Positions 48,152 through 61,395 of a stretch of 64,000 nt of DNA are shown piece by piece (position 1 is the stretch's first letter; each line of letters starts with the position of its first letter). This DNA comes from Selaginella moellendorffii. Taxonomy: Eukaryota; Plantae; Lycopodiophyta. The stretch covers positions 1,328,536 to 1,392,535 of the forward strand of contig NW_003314290.1 in assembly GCF_000143415.4 (NCBI RefSeq), written 5' to 3'. The notes beneath the pieces were generated by a model that was not told the DNA's origin, searched no databases, and worked only from the letters and a program-made list of their open reading frames with translations. Made by a program: the position numbers and the translations under genes.

Positions 48152-51100
48152 ATGGCTGATCTTGCGCTGCTCGTCCTTGGCTCCGCGATGCTACTCCTGC
48201 TCGCTCTGCTCAAGCTCGCCCGCCGCTCCTATGCCCTGGGCCGATTGCCACTGCCGCCGGGCACCATGGGATGGCCCTACCTGGGCGAGACTCTCCAGCT
48301 CTACTCGCAGAATCCCAATGCCTTCTTCAGCTCCAAGCAAAAGAGGTGAGTGAGACCAATTCCACAATCCACCGATCGACCAATCAATCCATTCACCCGA
48401 TTGCCCGATCTAGAAACTCGGGGAGAGATTTTCTCTTGCCTCCCTACTCACAAACTACTCGTTTCCAATGCAGGTATGGCGACATCTTCAAGACTCACAT
48501 TCTGGGCTGCCCATCGGTGATGATCGCGAGCCCCGAGGCTGCCAAATTCATCCTGGTCAGCCACGCTCACCTCTTCAAGACCACCTTTCCATCGAGCAAG
48601 GAAGGGATAATTGGGCCGCACGCCCTCTTCTTCCACGAGGGAGAGTACCACCGCCGCCTCCGCCGCCTCGTCCAAGGATGCTTTGGCCCGGATGTGATCC
48701 GCGATCTGGTCCCCGAGCTGGAAACCATCTCAATCCAGGCACTGGATTCATTGGATCGCGCCGGAGGCATCATCAACACATTCCAGGAGATGAAAAAAGT
48801 AAGCAAGCTCCTCAAGCGCCTCTCTCTCTCTCTCTCTCCCTCTCTCTCTAGAATATGCTCTAGATTCGATCTTCGTCTACCTCTTGCCGCTTGGTTGTTT
48901 TCGATCGCGTTTCTTCTGCCCTGATCGACACGATCCTCCCTTGTCCTTGGCACCATGGATTGGCTGGGCTGATCAAAGCGGTTTTGTTTTTTTGTTTGTT
49001 TTGTGCGGCTCGCGCTACTGGCTGGTTCTCGATCGGTGCTCAGTACGCATTCGATGTTGGCGTGCTCAAGATCTTTGGCGGTTCCCTGGACGAGCTGGAC
49101 AAGGAGGACCTCAAGCGCGCCTACCAGACGCTAGAACGCGGCTACAACTCATTCCCGATTGACATCGCTGGCACCCCTTACAATGCCGCCATGAAGGTAC
49201 GTACATCACAGCCCTGGCTCATCTCTTTTGGATGGATCGATGCTTCTCGGCGGATTTCTTTTTTCCCTCGCCTTTTCTTCTTCCATTGGCTCCTGCGCTC
49301 CTCCTGTCCTTGCAATTTGCCCATTTATTCGCGCTCGCGTCTTATCTCCCCGAGGTAGCGCGTCGCACCCGGATCGTTGGGAGAGGCGTGTCTTGAGTTT
49401 TTTTTTTTCTGTGGTTTTTTCCTTTTTTTTTTTCTTTCTTTCTCCAGCCTTTCCTGGTCCCAACTTTTGTTTCCTGGCACAAAAATCTCGCCGCTGAGCA
49501 GATTTTTCTTGGTTTCGTTTGGTTTTTCCTGCGCTGCCAGCGCGCTGCCAGCCACACGCTCGAAACAAAGACGAGTGTGGCTGTGGGATCTGTGAGCGCG
49601 AGAAAACGATTTCGAGCCTCCCCTCGTCTCGCGGCGGCCGCTGCGGCTACTGCTGCTGGTGCTGGTCTTTGCTTGATTGATTGAGTGGGACTTTAAAAAA
49701 TACTGTGCTTTGGTCGTGTGGCTTCACGAGTGGCTTGTGCCATTCTCCGTGCGTCGGCCCACGATTGGCGAGAGAAATATCTTCTCCGCCTCAACATGTC
49801 CATGAAGAACACCTTTGTTCGTCGCTTTGTTTTCCGTGTGGTGTGCTCGCTTTTTTTGTTTTCATTTCTCGAGGTTTACTGGTCGCAGTCGTGTGGAACT
49901 CGCGTAGGGAATCGTCAAATGTGTTTGTTTGCTTGCTCCACCTCTTCATTTTCCTTTCTTTTTTTTGTGTGGTTTTCGTTTTCGGGTTTGCGATGCGTGT
50001 CTAAAGATCCCGCTTTGGTTCGTGTCCTTGTTTCCAGGCCAGGAAGCGCTTGAGCTCCATCGTCAGCCGCATCATCTTGGACCGTAGGCGGCAGCAGAAG
50101 CAAGCAGACAATGGGCGCTGCAAGGATTTCCTGTCAACTCTCATGGAATCCCAGGACGACAGCTGCAAGAACCTGACCGACGATCAGATCGCCGACAACG
50201 TGATCGGTGTCATCTTCGCGGCCCAGGACACCACCGCCAGCGTCCTCACTTGGCTCCTCAAGTATCTCAAGGAGAACCCCGCGCTCCTCGACTCTGTCAC
50301 GGTACAAACTCTCGTTAGAAAAACGAAGAACTTCTCGTGGACTGACCGCGTTTTCGTGTTCGTCGCTGGCAGGCCGAGCATGAGAACATAAGGCGAAGCA
50401 AGCCCGAGGGTGCCAAAGGCTTGACGTGGGCTGACACCAAAAACATGCCCTTGACTTCGAGAGTAAGTCGTCGAGCTTGTAGTAGTGATCGTTTTTGCTT
50501 GCGGTTCTCTTGGTCGCTTACACGTTTCCCTTTGACACCGCAGGTAATTCAAGAGACAATGCGGCTGGCGACGATCCTCTCGTTTACTTTCAGAGAGGCG
50601 GTACAAGACGTGGAATACAACGGTAAGAAGTTGTAGCCCAGCCCCTCCCTCTGTAACATCACGGTTGGCAAAAGAAAAGGAAGCTAACCGTTTTACCCGG
50701 AACTTGCTTTGGCAGGATACGTGATTCCCAAGGGCTGGAAAGTGATGCCTCTGTTCAGAAACATCCATCACAGCCCCGAGTTTTTCCTGGAGCCGCAGAA
50801 GTTCGACCCCTCCAGATTCGAGGAGCATCCCAAGCCCAATACGTTCATGCCTTTCGGCAATGGAATCCACTCATGCCCCGGACGGGAGCTGGCGAAGCTG
50901 GAAATGCTCGTCCTGGTGCACAACATTACCACACAGTTCAGGTACTAAAACAGAAACCAGCTTACCTTCTTTTCTTTCTTGCTGCTTTGTCTTTCGTATT
51001 TTCTTCTCCTCTGCCAAGATTCCTCATGCTTTGTTTTTCTCTCCCTTCGTGAAACACGCAGATGGGAGTTTGCAGGGCCAACAGAGGGCGTACAATACGG

Positions 51101-51161
51101 TCCCTTCCCTGTACCGAAGGCAGGACTTCCAATATCCATTACACGCAAGAGCGAGAGCTGA
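48152..51161 (+). CDS. CYP707A: Cytochrome P450 CYP707A-like (ABA 8'-hydroxylase family)
   Basis: LPPGTMGWPYLGETLQLYSQNPN, FKTHILGCP, DQIADNVIGVIFAAQDTTASVLTW, ILSFTFREAV and heme motif PFGNGIHSCPG. Confidence 0.93.
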
Positions 51162-52267
51162 GAAGAAACAAACTTTAGCTGACTTTTACCTCTCCCATCG
51201 CGCGGTTGACACCCACAACGGAGACAGCTGACACTAAATATATATTCCCGCGGTCCAAGTCACGGTGCTGTGGTGTTCCTGCCTGGACGGAAACGAATCT
51301 CGCGTCTCCCTCCTCCCATGGGCAGCACAGCAGAGGGGGGCCTTCTCAGAAACCGGAAAAAACGAAAAAAAGTTAGAGAGCAACCACCAGGCCGATTGAT
51401 TGATTGACACTTACAAAAGCTTGAAAGCTGCCGATGCTTGGCTGCTGCTTGCGGGGATGAAAGGAGAGGTTGAACAGCTCGAATTGTTCTTGTACCAAAC
51501 GCTTCTTGGGGAATATGAAAAATTCTTTTTTGACATTGCGCCTTTACAGTTTACGCTCTGGCCGCTCTCTCGGTCTGTCTGGAGGCATTAACACCACCCC
51601 ACCTGTGAGAAGCGTCCACAAATGTTTGAAGAGAGATGTATATAGGCACTAGGCAGGAGACTAGAGTGTACCTTGCTTGTCCTACCTGGCTGCTCCAACT
51701 CCGCGTCTTCGGTTTCCAGCCGTGCGAGAGTGAGTTGAGCAGTGCGTGAGTGGATCCGAGTCCAGCTAGCCGTGCAGCGGAAGGCAGTACCACCACCAGC
51801 TGTGTCCGCACTGTTTGTGAAATTTTTTGATTCCAAGCAAGATATGTGATGGCTGTTGATCCTCTGCTGCTGTTGCTGCCTTTCCTTCATTGGAGTTATC
51901 TTTTATTTGTCGCTCCACATTTCCCACGAGGTTTGTCAATCGGACGCCTGCTTGCTTGATTGCTTGCCTGCTTGACTGATCCCTTGCTTGTGCTAGCTCG
52001 CTTGCGTTCTTCTCACATGCACTCGCATGCAGAATCGTAGTACTCGGCATTGTCGGAGATTGTGGAGAAGGTCTCCATCACTCGGGAGGAATCATGTTCT
52101 TGTCTGTCTGTCGGATCGAGATCTCGTTGCAGGGTTTGCATCCAGTCTGTTAAAAAACACGTAGATTTTATTGTTAGATCTCACGAGTAAGCAAGGACTC
52201 CTTAACTCACTGTATGGTCACGCGTTTAAAGTCAGGGAAAAGAGAGTCAAAAGATGATTTCAATTGC

Positions 52268-54661
52268 TTAACTCTGCCGCTTGCTCAGCTTGCACCACAA
52301 TCCATTCTTGGTGTGCAAGGTCGCTCCCGTGACAAGCTCAACTTCTTGAGGGGAGCCTCTCAACTCAACACTGAACTTTCGGAGAAGTACGGCCAAGCCG
52401 ATTGTAGCCTCCATAAACGCAAACTGATCACCAACACATTTACGAGGGCCCCCACCGAAAGGCAGGAAAGCAAAGTCCGCCATTATCTGCCAGCCAGAAA
52501 AAGAACGTGTCCATTTACATGGAAAGCGTCTGTTAGGAACTTTTCACCCACCTCATTTGGATAGAGACCTTGAAGTTTAGTCGGGTCAATGCCAGCCCAC
52601 CCCGGAATGCTCGAATCGACTCTTCGTCTTAGGAAACGCTCGGGATCAAATGACTCTGGATTCTCCCAGAAGTATGGCGATCTGTGAAGGTTGAAAACCT
52701 GAATTTAAGCAAAGGTGGTCAGCCAGCCGAGTGTGTTTACACGGGCTTACAGATATGAAAATGTCGGTCCCCTTGGGAATGGAGTATCCATCTGGATCGC
52801 CCTTGTGGCCTCCTGAAAGTCGAACGTATCCAAGTTATTCATGATTTCGAAAGATTTGTACCTGGGAGCTTATCTGGCTGCAATGACCTCCTTATAAGTA
52901 GAGGTGGTTGTGGATATAAACGAAGTGCTTCTGCAATGACGAGTTTTGTGTATCTGAACAAAAACGCAAGCTCAGAATCAAAAGCCACAATCCTTCTCAC
53001 CTACTTCAGATTTTTCAGGTCTTCTAACGTTGGCCTTCTGTCCCCCAGAACTGTGTCAATTTCTTGTTGCACTTTCGTGACTATTGTGGGATTCTGTTTT
53101 AATGCATAAGACAAATTGGAAATCAAAAGCACAGCTGTAGAGAGATCTAACCTGTGCTAATAGGAAGGTTGACCAAGTTAGGACGGCTGCAGTTGTCTCG
53201 TGACCAGCAATGAGCATTGTCATCAAATCATCCCGAAGCTATGCATTTTACAAAATAAATTAGATTTCCAGAATTTAAGAAATGCACCTGTTTGTTATCG
53301 ACATCTTCCCCTCGCATATCTACTAGAAATCGCAATAAACTCGCATCCTAGTCGAATGCAGCTGTCAGCGTTTCGCAACAGAGATAGTTTACATACTCTG
53401 ACTTTGGAATAATCCCGCTGTTGAAGCGCTTCAATATCATCCTCCTGCTCAACAGTGAAAAAATTAAGTTTTTGTCGGAATAACAGCACCAGACCTGTCT
53501 TGTTTCTTGGGCCCTTCCAATGAGATCATCCAGGCATTCGTTTATGACGCCCAAATCCGCATGAAACTTTCTCTGTCTTGGAACGAGCCAGCGTGACAAA
53601 GGAAACTTCCAGTAAGGAATGTAAAATGTTGATCTGTGCTCCGCTTCAGCCAAAGTCCCGTAAACTGCCTGTGCAACTTGTTATCATGCACGAAAGTCTG
53701 ATATTTTACAGCTTACTGCAATAACTGGAGATTCCTTTGTCACCGAGCCAAAATCGTAGTTGAAGACGCTCAATCCAATAATGTCAAGAGCGAGGCTTGA
53801 GTACTCCGCCTCCATTTCCACGTCCACGACGTTGGAACCTTTCGACTCTGCATCTTTAATCAATGCGTCGAGCTTGGAGACGGTCCGTTCAGCACAGTCA
53901 TTGAACACACGGACCATAGCTTCCAAATAAGCCGAGTGGAAACCGGGAACCAATGCTGCACAAATCACACACTTGTCAAACACCTGCATCAAAAGTACAG
54001 ACTAACCTCGTCTTCTCGACTTCCATGTATTCAAATCAGCTGGAATCAAACCTTTCCCCATAATTGGTTCTAAAATATCTGCAAGAACACCCTGAGACCA
54101 TGAAAATACAATAACCAGCTCACAACTGAGTAAAACACTCGCACCTTATCATAGCCGAAAGCATTTTCTCGAAGAATGTAGCGTGAAACAATGGGGTCTG
54201 AAACGACCACAAAAACTTTCGGTCCGAAAGCAAGCTTATAAACTGGCCCATGCTGCAAAGAAAGTGAAACATGTAAGTAAATTCCAGCAAGTGTCACCCG
54301 GATTTACCTCAAGAAACCAGTCATACAATGCAAAGAACAGCGGTCTGGAGAAGAGGTCCGAGATCGCACCGTCCGCGACAGGCATGTTTTGGATCCCTCC
54401 ACCGCTCAGAAAATTCGTGAGCGCATTGCTTGCATTGTCCAGGAACGTCCGCTGCGGCTTCAAAGGTGACGGTTGTATGGACGGATCGTCCAATTTCACG
54501 CTGAAATATCGAAATTCCATACGATCAAGCCCAGAACAAGAGTTTTAGCTGCGATCTCGCACTTACCACGCGATTCTTAGCCGCCGCCGCGAGAATCCTC
54601 GATCCCTAGCTTGGAGCGCCACCGCATTGTGATGCAAACACGCCGGCGCAGCCATCGCCAT
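52268..54661 (-). CDS. CYP97B: Cytochrome P450 CYP97B (plastid carotenoid-hydroxylase clan)
   Basis: [56 protein letters not shown] and [21 protein letters not shown]; many short introns. Confidence 0.92.
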
Positions 54662-54839
54662 TGCCCTTGGCGCTCGTTCACCTCGCCATTACCACTAACA
54701 CCTGACCCTGCCACGTGGTCCACTTAGGGCGGGATTGCGCAAGAGCATATGCTTTAAGCTTGCATTTATCTCGTGGGCAGCCACGTCACGGCATATCACG
54801 GCCACGTCGGTGCCACGTGGCATATAGCCGCCAGAAGCG
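54662..54839. promoter_or_regulatory. Compact divergent promoter with four GCCACGT (G-box-type) motifs
   Basis: GCCACGT at 54710, 54780, 54801 and 54812 between two head-to-head ATGs 178 bp apart. Confidence 0.7.
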
Positions 54840-56296
54840 ATGGCGCATTGCAGTAGCTGTTCTATGGAGCTCCGCGGGAGGATTTCGTCAACGTCGATTC
54901 TCTGCAAGAACCCTAGCGCGCCATGGTGCCGCGGCCAGGTATGTGGATTTCGATGACCCAGAGGCCGCATTCGCGACTCCTCTGATCAAAATTTCCAGGC
55001 AAGACCGAAATATTTCCGGATTCAAGCCTCGAATCTGGCGACCGAGAGAAAATCGGGATCGCCTAGCGTGTCGATTCAGCCGGAGCCAAGGAAAATCCCA
55101 TACGGTTTGATTACATCACTCTCCGGGCTAGGAGCGATCGAAACAGCGTATCTTTCCTGGATTAAAATTTTTGGAGGCTCGGCCATTTGTCCGGCTAGTG
55201 GCCCGGGCCATGGATGCAACGATGTCTTGAACAGCGCTTATTCCACCCTTTTTGGTATGTAATGCTTTTCCTTGCTAAGATCTTCTTTGGTTCTTTTTAG
55301 TTTACTCACTTTCATAGCTCTATCTCTTCCAGGTACTCCATTGTCACTTATCGGCTTTGTTGCGTACTCCAGTATATCTCTGCTTGGTTTCTCGATGATC
55401 CAATCTCTTTTCCCGGAAGATGATGTGAGATGGCTGCTTCTCGGAGGCACGACGGCTCTAGTCTCTGCGAGCAGCTATTTCTTATATCTCTTGACCTTCA
55501 AGCTCGAGAATGCATCGTGCGCTTATTGCGTGGCGTCAGTACTTTTATCCTTTGGCTTGTTTATCTCTACACTCAAGGTTCGCGATCTTAGGAGTCTTTG
55601 GTTTTATTTTCTCTTCTTTAAAACGTTGTGCTTACGCCAGCTTCTTTGCTAGACAGGGATTCAAGTGGAAGGATGTGCCTCGAATGGCTGGCTTGCAGCT
55701 CGTGGTTGGAGCTGCGGTCATCTTTACGTTATCTACGGGATTTGCAGCTGCTGGTCCTGCTCTTGCGGGGTAAATGAAAGAATTTATATTCAAGAGATTT
55801 GAAAGGCAGATGTTGCCGATTGCATACAGGTCGTCTGAAGATATCGACTTACCACCGATTGAACCGGAGGTAACAACGTCTTCCGATGCAACAAAGATGG
55901 CGCTTGCGAAACATCTCAAGTCGATCGGTGCAAAGATGTACGGTGCGTTTTGGTGTTCTCATTGTCACGAGCAGAAACAGGTAGCCTGTTGTCTATCCAT
56001 ACTTCTATTGGTTTTTCATCGCTATCACTTCTAGGAGCTAGGCAAGGAAGCGATGAAGATCTTGGAGTACGTTGAGTGCTTTCCAGATGGGTATAGGAAG
56101 AACGTCAAGACGGCGAAGGCTTGCGAGGCTGCAAAGATCGAAGGCTTTCCTACCTGGATCATAAAGGGCGAGGTATGTGTACTTCTTCCATTGATTTTCA
56201 TGTCAAGATATGAGCTCGCTTGCGTTCCAGAAATATTCGGGCGAATTAAGTTTAGAGGAGCTAGCAGACGCAGCGGGATTTAGCCTTGAGAAGTAA
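54840..56296 (+). CDS. LTO1: Thylakoid VKOR-thioredoxin fusion thiol-disulfide oxidoreductase
   Basis: VKOR domain (ETAYLS, C..VLNS.Y..LFG.PL, CAYC) plus Trx-like domain (YGAFWCSHCHEQK, YVECFPDG, GFPTWII); TAA at 56294-56296. Confidence 0.92.
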
Positions 56297-58614
56297 ACTT
56301 TAACGTGATAGTTCTAAATCTAAAAAAACAAAAAAAGCTTTAAAGTTGAACATCTTTAGTAACAATTGTTGCTACATTTTAGTATAGTTTGAACAATCCA
56401 TTATATGTAATTCCCTTCATTGACCAGTTAGGCTAAGTCTTTAACTACATCCCTTGTTTTTCCTTAATACTTACTCAATAGGCACCCATGGCAAGGGGAG
56501 TGGTTCTTGAGAGATAAGGTTCTTGATATGAGGATGGTAGGGGGTGTTCACACTTGATCATAGATTAAGTTAGCTCCATAATAGGTATTGGATTGCCTAT
56601 TAAAGTGATTTGGTAGTTGGTAATTGTTGGATTGAGATTTGTTATATGCAAGAGCTGTATATATTTTTCAGAACATATATTACCCACCCATATAACAATC
56701 ATGTTCTTGAGAATATATATTACTGATCATACTCCAAAATACAATACTTTATTTTTTAGGAAGAGGAAAACAAAAATATGGCCAATAAAAAGATGGAGAA
56801 AACCTTATTGGCTGTAATCAAAAATATTATATAATACATCTTCTATATAATATATAAAAGTATATTCCTAGAATTTGTCATAGTTGAAGCATAATATATA
56901 CAACCAAAGAGAACAATTTAATCCATAAAGTTTAAATATAAAAAAATGCCTATAAATAATAAATTGCTACGCATTGCATGTAGCAACGCTTGGTTTGCTT
57001 AATGGTAGTTTTATTATTACTTATTAATCTAATTGGTCTATAATTATAAGCATGTTTGTAATTTATAAACACAAGATTAATCTTATTGCATATCAACCAT
57101 TAGATGATAGAATAAAAAAGAATATACTAAAAAGGGTTTAGGAAAGTTTATAAATTATAAACATGTTTATAAATTATAAATACCAGATTAATCTAAATGA
57201 ATACCAACCGTTAGATGGTAGAATATCCTAGAATATCCAAGCATATTCTAGGTATATTCACTACCATCCTAGTCCCCCTATAGGTTTGCTTAAGCAAACC
57301 AAAAATACACCTCCTTTTCCAATTAAAAGTCTTAGAATATTTAGAATTAAATATCCTTAGATTTAAGTAGCATTAAGTTGGATGATCTATTAGGAAGTCT
57401 AAAGCCAATAAATTTTTAATTTGGCTTTGGCTTAGCTCAACTCAAGGGGTAGTAAGTAGGGCTCTTAAGAGAGTTATAATTGTTTACAAAGATGTGAATG
57501 TAAATAACTAAAAAGAACAACTTGAGAGACAATATAAAGGGAAATGGCCCATGAATAAAAATGCACTTTCTTTTTTAATCAATTAAGGGTCTTAGGGTTA
57601 AATATTTTTAAGTTTAAATAGTGTTAGGCTAAAAAGTCCCATTTCAAGAGTTCACATTTGGCATCAAAAGGGTCTTAAATCCAACTCATTTAATTGGCTA
57701 GGGGAATCATATCATATGTTAAGATTGCCTTCAGCTACACTTAACCTAAAGAGTAGGGTAGATTGATATTTAGTAAGCTCCAACTAATTTGACTATTTTA
57801 TGACTGACTAATTTTTCTATTTTATATTAGTCACTTAACCATACCTTTAACCACTTGAAGGAATCTCAATTACAACCTCCATAAATCCCATTTTGGATAT
57901 AAAACATGCTAGCCTTGTGAATGACATTCTTGTTACTTACCCTTTGCACTTGGTCCAAGTGTTCAATATGTCTGATCTCATGACAAACACCCCAAAAGTA
58001 CTATTGACCTATCAGCCCATTATATTAAACTCATATCTATTTACCCTTATCTCATTGATAGTCCAAAACCACCCATATCATAGTCCTGTCTCTCAAAGAT
58101 TGCATCATCTATCCATAGGTGGTCATCTTAGAACCATACCTTAAAATGCCTAGAGATAAGGGGAACACCCTTTCCCAATGTCCTTTCTTCAGTTCCCACT
58201 AAGTCCCTTTGATATTTTGAAACACTATGGCCTTACTCAAGCTTTGGGGGTACTCTCCCCACCTTCTGCCCTTAGGTGCTTTAGCCATAAAGGTCCTGAT
58301 GAGCCACGTCAAGTATCCAAGTAAGTAATGCTATTCACATTTGGATTGAGAACATCGATTATTTGATTTCTTGGGAAGCTAAAGTTACCTCTTGAACACT
58401 TCACTAAGTTACCCTACTTGTCTGTCTATGTTCACTCTAACTTTGGACTCTTTAGTGGTTATATCATTACCCACCATATGGATATAACCTTTTTTGGTCA
58501 CACTACCTTTTTCTAGCCAAACTGACTCCACTAGAATCCTTCCCCCTACTATCCTTTTAGAGCTAACCAAACCCCTAGGGTCTAAAAGACAATTGCTTTC
58601 AACTTTCACTCTTG

Positions 58615-59520
58615 GATTGAGACATAGACTCAAACTCAAACTTAGATTTGGACGTAGACTCAGAGGTAGACACAGACCCAGACTCGGTCTTGGTCTTAGT
58701 CTCGGTCTTAGTCTCAGCCTTGACCTTGGTCTCAGTCTTGGTCTCGGTCTTGGTCCCCATCTCAGACTCCTTCTTAGACTCCTTCGTGGACTCCATCTCA
58801 AATTCCTTCTCAGACTCTATCTCGAATTCCTTCTCAGACTCCATGTCAAATTCCTTCTCAGACTCCATCTTGGATTCCTTCTGGGACTCTATCTTGAATT
58901 CTTTCTTAGACTTCATTTTGGATTCCTTTTCGAATTTCATCTCAGATTCCTTCTTGGACTCCATCTCAGATTCCTTCTTGGACTCTATCTCGAATACCAT
59001 CTTAGAGTCTATCTTGGAATCCATCTTAGATTCTTTCTCATACTCCATCTCAAACTTTATCTCGGATTTCTTCTCAAACTCCATTTCAAATTCCTTCTCG
59101 AATTCCATCTCAGATTCCATCTCGAATTCCATCTTAGACTCTATCTTGGATTCCTTCTCCAACTCCATCTCAGATTCCTTCTTAGACTATATCTTGGATT
59201 CCTTCTTGGACTCCATCTCAAACTCCATCTTGGATTCCATCTCAGAATCCATCTCAGATTCCTTCTCAGACTCCATCTTGGATTTCATCACAAACTCCAT
59301 CTCGAACTCTATCTCAGATTCCTTTTTGAACTTCATTTTAGATTCTTTCTTGGACTCCATCTTAGACTCTATCTCAGATTTCGTCACGAACTCCATCTCG
59401 AACTCCATCTCAAATTCCTTTTTGAACTCCATTTTAGATTCCTTCTCGGACTCCATTTTAGACTCTATCTCGAATTCCATTATAAACTCCATCTCAGACT
59501 CTTTCTTGGACTCGGTTTTG
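58615..59520. repeat. Degenerate 12-bp minisatellite (consensus about CTCAGACTCCAT) within TE-derived DNA
   Basis: Visible 12-nt period that yields long low-complexity ORFs in several frames. Confidence 0.9.
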
Positions 59521-60674
59521 ACATTGCCATATGTCAGTCCTTTTTATTTCCCTTTTAAAAGACTCATTCACCAATTGCTTCATGTTTATTCCTCAAACAC
59601 CTTGTTCAGAGTTCCACTCCCACTCTCGACTTTCCAAATTAAAGTTTTTGGTCCAAATATACTCCACTTTAACCATTGTCATATGTCATCCTTTCAGCTC
59701 CACTTTGGGGCTTAGGGATTTATGTCTCACACTAAACTCAACCCAAAGGGTAGGGTGTCAAGAGAGTGGGGTTATGGCTTTCAACTCAACCCAAGAGATA
59801 TGGTGTCAAAGAAATAAAGTTCTTAGGAGAGTTGTGGCTTTTAATTTTTGTTCATAAAGGTGTGAACTTACAAGGAGGCATGGTGGATTATAACTCTTTA
59901 TCAATTTTCTTTCAATGAGAATTCTCCATAATTTAGCCTTTACTTTAATGTTATCTCAAACTGACTTGATTAAATCTCATTTTGGATAATGTTTGGTGAA
60001 CTCTTTAAAAGTGAAAGTGTTCTTGAGCACCTATTTCATCATAGTGCATAGTCTACTCTAATCAAATTTCTTTTATTTCTCTTCTAATCCTTTTGAAAGT
60101 CTCCATTAATCCCTTTTATATGTATCAATAACTCTATCCTATTCCTCAGTTGAGAGGGGAGAAAGGAGAATACTCTTTCATACTTTGAAAGCTAACTCAA
60201 ACATATCTTTTATGCACTAAAAAATGGGGAAGAAAGGAAATATACCCTTGCATCATGCCCTAGAATATTCCAGCAATAGAATGTTCTAGGGAATTTTGCT
60301 CAAAGCTCTAGGCCATTTCCTAATAGAGAACACACTAGCTCCATTGCATGCAACAACCTATAGCCAAAGTGCTATTGTAGACTCTAAGGTGATTTAATGT
60401 ATTAGCAACTATTGCAAAAAGAGACCAAAGAAGACTAAAGAAAATAGTAAAAGGAGAAAGTGTAAGCCACAAATTTTTCCTTTTCAATTTGCCAACTTAT
60501 CTCGTCTATCCGACTAACACTGCCTTGGCTTTAGCTAAGTTCCCTTGCTAAGGTTCCCGCCTATGGTACCCGTTTCTACTTGGTCCTACTTGGTTTCAGC
60601 TACTCACTACACGAGCAACAAAGCGTTAGCATCCATCCACGGATTCCCAAAGTCTCCCAATCCCCCCCCCAGGT

Positions 60675-60850
60675 NNNNNNNNNNNNNNNNNNNNNNNNNN
60701 NNNNNNNNNNNNNNNNNNNNNNNNNNNNNNNNNNNNNNNNNNNNNNNNNNNNNNNNNNNNNNNNNNNNNNNNNNNNNNNNNNNNNNNNNNNNNNNNNNNN
60801 NNNNNNNNNNNNNNNNNNNNNNNNNNNNNNNNNNNNNNNNNNNNNNNNNN
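60675..60850. other. Assembly gap (N run)
   Basis: 176 N characters. Confidence 1.
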
Positions 60851-61106
60851 GGTTTCGGGAGTGGGAGCTGCTCTTGAGCACTTTCTTGTGGTGGCCCTTT
60901 TGGCACCACCTGAGTCCATGCTCACTCCCACCCAAGGCCCCTCGGCCCCAATCTCAACCTCAAGCAGTTTGGAAGCACCACTGGAGAGTTCTTTCAAGAC
61001 TGGTTCCTAGACCTCACTATCCCTACTATACTTTTGGAACCCCCTGCATCCCCCCCCCCCCTTGGGAGACGCACGCTTTGGGCTTTCACCCCTTGATCTG
61101 TATTAG

Positions 61107-61395
61107 TACTCGGACTCGGTCTCAGACTCGATCTCGGACTCGATCTCGGACCCGACTTCAGACTCAGTCTCGGACTCGGTCTCGGACTCGGTCTCAGACT
61201 CAATCTTGGACCCGATCTTGGACTTGACTTCGGACTCGATCTCGGACTCGGTCTTGAACCCAATTTCAGATCCCAAACTTTGTCTCGAGCTCAATCTTGA
61301 ACTCAATCTCCGAGTCGGCCTCGGACTCGATCCTGGACTCTATCTCGAACTCGGTCTCAGAGTCGGTCTTGGACTCGATCTCAGACTTGGTCCCA
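61107..61395. repeat. 12-bp minisatellite (CTCGGACTCGAT), CpG-rich version
   Basis: Follows GCTTTGGGCTTTCACCCC..GATCTGTATTAGTA; a similar flank and array recur at 62320-62517. Confidence 0.85.

Noticed and set aside
58494-59715. 354-aa and 355-aa ORFs as host genes
   Set aside because: They are by-products of a 12-bp tandem repeat lacking stops in several frames.
60545-61227. ORFs spanning the N run
   Set aside because: Artefacts of the assembly gap.
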